Source of the DNA: a virus
Lineage: Duplodnaviria > Caudoviricetes
Direction: 5' to 3' (one strand)
DNA length: 49,453 nucleotides
IMG/VR virus record: IMGVR_UViG_3300023214_000337
Location: 1 to 49,453 of that record
Below are positions 46,779 to 49,453 of this stretch, in pieces (positions within the stretch are counted from its first letter, which is position 1; the number at the start of each line of letters is the position of its first letter). The translations under genes were made by a program, and so were the position numbers. A model generated the notes under the pieces. The model had not been told where the DNA came from and did no database searches. It worked only from the letters and a program-made list of their open reading frames with translations.

Positions 46779-47368
46779 AACCGTGTACAATCATCACTGT
46801 AACACTCGACCGTGATTTTCGCGAAGCTCTTCTGCTGTTCCAACACCCTGACCGCGTGGCACTCGCTCCCACTGTCTGGTGCGACCGATTTTCGCTGCGC
46901 CAAGTATCCCAAAAGCGGGGGAAGTATGACGGAGCTGAGCGCATTCGCCTTCTTTTCCGTCGGCGTCCGAAGGCGTGGACGTATCTCCCTTGCGCATCTC
47001 TGCGCAAGCGCGACCTAGAAAACGCCGTAGCGCTGTCGCTCGTCGGCGTGGACGACGCGGTCCTGTGGGCGGCTGAGTTCCGAGCAGACTGGTCGGTAGC
47101 CGATAAACCGCACGTAGCACGCAACACGGTTTTTGGACACGCTATTCGGCACTTCCCGCGCGAGATCGCGGAGGATGGGGAGATCATCCGCGAGGCAACG
47201 GAAGAGGTTCAGGCAGCGCTGGACGCGGGCGGGCACTACATGCCAGACGCCCGAAAGCTCGCCGACATCGCGCTGGCCCGCATGGCGCACGACTACGGCT
47301 GGCGAAAGTGCCCGGCTCGCGTCCAGCGACGCAAGGGGTGTTCTCTTTGGGTCAAAGAAGACGGTTAG
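46775..47368 (+). CDS. Hypothetical protein
   Basis: GAGGAG RBS; ATGA overlap. Confidence 0.6.
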   Translation: MKPCTIITVTLDRDFREALLLFQHPDRVALAPTVWCDRFSLRQVSQKRGKYDGAERIRLLFRRRPKAWTYLPCASLRKRDLENAVALSLVGVDDAVLWAAEFRADWSVADKPHVARNTVFGHAIRHFPREIAEDGEIIREATEEVQAALDAGGHYMPDARKLADIALARMAHDYGWRKCPARVQRRKGCSLWVKEDG

Positions 47369-47510
47369 ATCCCCTGCCGCCGCGTATCTCCCCCTCACGA
47401 CGCGGCGGTAGGCTCATCAGGGCTGGCCCCCTCCCTGGGATACATGGGGGCACTATCTCCAGCCTCATGGCTGCGAGCGAAGCCACAACCAAAAGGAGAA
47501 GATCGAGATC

Positions 47511-48272
47511 ATGAGCATTAAAGTCCCTTTTAAGGAGTTCCTGTACGTTACAAAAAAGGTGATGCCATTCACATCTAAACCCGATACCTCTCACTACTGT
47601 ACATCTAACGTCCATGTGTACGGGGATAGGGCATATGCTACCGATGGCGTTCGAGCAGTTTCTTTCAAGGCTAATTTTGATGTTCCGGGCAGCCTGGATG
47701 TCTTGGTTAACAGAAAAACCCGTGACCGTCTTGGACAAATGTATCGGCAGGACGTGCTTCACATCAGAAATATAGATATCGATACAAATCAATTCTACAC
47801 GCTACTACGCGATGATATTTTCGAGTCTGTATGCTACAAGGGTACTGGCGCGCGTATTCCACCAATACGAAAGGTGCTCTGCGCGCACAAGATGCACAGG
47901 GAGATAAAAAATATCCATTTAGAAGGAATTCTGGATATGTTCAAACCGAAGGAAATAGAGGATAAAATCGTAACGCTGGGATTCACCAAAAAATCTATGT
48001 CGATATCGGAAATGAAGGACCTGGAGGATAATCCGGCTCCAGGCGAAGTTAACGTAAACGGGAATTTCCTGATAGATGCACTAAAGGTTATCAAGGCTGC
48101 CGTGGGTTATCGGAATGGAAGAAAGCCTGAAGGGTATATCACAGTCTACGCTCCACCGCAAAAAGTAGGATCGACCAAGCGCAATATTCCCCTTGTGATT
48201 CATGCCCCAAATGTGAATATCGCAATTTGCCGCATGCTAGCCTGCGCCGAACCGAAAGGAACAAGAACATGA
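47511..48272 (+). CDS. Divergent DNA polymerase III beta-clamp-like protein
   Basis: VHVYGDRAYATDGVRA and VNVNGNFLIDALKVI resemble clamp-domain motifs; shorter than DnaN. Confidence 0.5.
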   Translation: MSIKVPFKEFLYVTKKVMPFTSKPDTSHYCTSNVHVYGDRAYATDGVRAVSFKANFDVPGSLDVLVNRKTRDRLGQMYRQDVLHIRNIDIDTNQFYTLLRDDIFESVCYKGTGARIPPIRKVLCAHKMHREIKNIHLEGILDMFKPKEIEDKIVTLGFTKKSMSISEMKDLEDNPAPGEVNVNGNFLIDALKVIKAAVGYRNGRKPEGYITVYAPPQKVGSTKRNIPLVIHAPNVNIAICRMLACAEPKGTRT

Positions 48273-48296
48273 GAATCGACACAGAGGAGCAAGACC

Positions 48297-48581
48297 ATGA
48301 GTAACACTATTAACATTGGCAACGACAGGTTTCAGTTGTTGCATTTCGAGAGCACCTCGCAATGGGTGCATTGGGCCAAAGCGTGTGAGATTGAAGGTGT
48401 TGGAGCCATCGTCCAGGTGGCGACGCAGCAGGTAAAGGGACAGTTTACGCAATCTGTAGTATTCGTCCCCGGAGTCAGGGTCGTGCCCGATGATGCCGGG
48501 GGGAGGAAGTTGGTCAGGCTTCCTCCCGTTTCTGTAAATTTGGACGCCGCAAGCGCGTCCAGAAAGAGGAGAAAACCATGA
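48297..48581 (+). CDS. Hypothetical phage protein
   Basis: KACEIEGVGAIVQVATQQ...VVFVPGV. Confidence 0.6.
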   Translation: MSNTINIGNDRFQLLHFESTSQWVHWAKACEIEGVGAIVQVATQQVKGQFTQSVVFVPGVRVVPDDAGGRKLVRLPPVSVNLDAASASRKRRKP

Positions 48582-48790
48582 GTTGTTACAAGCAACGTCT
48601 TGCGTTTCTTAGGGCCAAGCTGCGACACGCTGCTGGCGTATACGAGCAATCGCCCGACAGCGAGAATCGCGTTTCGCTATTGCTCACATACAGCCAGCTA
48701 CAGGGTTTTTTGGAGGCACTGGTTTTGTCGGGAGTAATGGACGAGACCAAGTACCTTGAAGAGGTCTCAGCCATTGAGGCAATGTTTTAA
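48578..48790 (+). CDS. Hypothetical protein
   Basis: GAGGAGAAAACC RBS. Confidence 0.6.
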   Translation: MSCYKQRLAFLRAKLRHAAGVYEQSPDSENRVSLLLTYSQLQGFLEALVLSGVMDETKYLEEVSAIEAMF

Positions 48791-48803
48791 AGAGGAGAAA
48801 GAC

Positions 48804-49453
48804 ATGCAAAGATCTAGGAATAGGAAAATCTTCCAATACGATTTTCCAGTCAATGCGATTCGCGCACTAGCTGCGACTTCCGCAATTCTTAGCGACAATA
48901 TCTGTATTCTCATGCCGAAAGGTGCCGAGGTCCTTCATTTCGCGTGCCGAGAGGATCGGCCTTGCATCTGGGCGATTGGCAATCCAGATCACGAACTGGT
49001 TCCATGTTACTTCAGGTTTTTTGAGGCAGGGGACTTTTTGCCTGATAAGATTGGCGCTCATGTCGGTTCATTTCACGTGGGGCAACGCTTTTATCACTTA
49101 TTCTATTCGGAGAAAACCATGCAAATCGAGAACTGGATAGCCCGTGCTGCACAAGCCGGTGCCTGCAAGGACGCTATCAGATGGTTGCGGGCGAACCCGC
49201 GGGCGGTCGAGGACATCATCGCAATCGATAGGTACGTGCCCTGGGCGCTCGGCGCTCTGGACGAGGAAGCCACACGTATCCTGCTCGATGCCGGCGCGAA
49301 GGTCAACGCGCGGGATGCTGAGGAGTGCACGCCGCTGCATTGGGCAGCAGAGTACGGCCATTCTTCAATCGCGCGCATCCTGCTGCAACATGGCGCGGAT
49401 GTTGACGCCCGCGACCATAGGCAGCGTACGTCGCTGCATCGGGCAGCGAAGCG
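48804..49453 (+). CDS. Partial ORF: phage domain fused in frame to an ankyrin-repeat protein (internal RBS/ATG at 49119)
   Basis: Open frame from 48804 to the window end; ILLDAGAKVNARD..TPLHWAAEYGH. Confidence 0.8.
   Translation, partial: MQRSRNRKIFQYDFPVNAIRALAATSAILSDNICILMPKGAEVLHFACREDRPCIWAIGNPDHELVPCYFRFFEAGDFLPDKIGAHVGSFHVGQRFYHLFYSEKTMQIENWIARAAQAGACKDAIRWLRANPRAVEDIIAIDRYVPWALGALDEEATRILLDAGAKVNARDAEECTPLHWAAEYGHSSIARILLQHGADVDARDHRQRTSLHRAAK

Noticed and set aside
1-49453. Genome-wide stop-codon reassignment suggested by the CUA-containing tRNA
   Set aside because: Conserved genes (helicase, methyltransferases, nuclease) are intact in the standard code and several end in TAG

Overview
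This window looks like most of the genome of an uncultivated bacterial virus or provirus, with no terminase, portal, HK97 capsid or tail genes in view. (1) 341-11869 (minus strand) is a putative tailless-virion morphogenesis operon. It encodes several beta-sandwich (jelly-roll-like) proteins, three of them internally duplicated paralogues, Arg-rich membrane/core proteins carrying repeated 'NP' and 'G[ML]G[DA]' motifs, and a membrane-anchored transglutaminase-like Cys-His-Asp enzyme. (2) 11980-16897 is a replication block (SF2 helicase, zinc-finger primase, RepA-like AAA helicase) with an initiator-like tRNA whose anticodon loop is 8 nt. (3) 17-22 kb is a mosaic minus-strand operon containing a solitary Cas7/RAMP-like gene with no CRISPR array; just upstream lie antisense copies of two distant parts of this same genome. 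(4) 23.6-37 kb holds a PD-(D/E)XK nuclease, a putative annealase, DnaJ and methyltransferases, plus many small genes delimited by integron attC-like sites lying opposite to the usual cassette orientation; it also contains a ~157-nt tRNA-like multi-hairpin RNA. (5) 38-49 kb is an early-type gene array punctuated by several families of hairpin/RBS repeats, with ankyrins, a subtilase-like fusion and a beta-clamp-like gene. All calls come from reading motifs by eye; no database searches were run.
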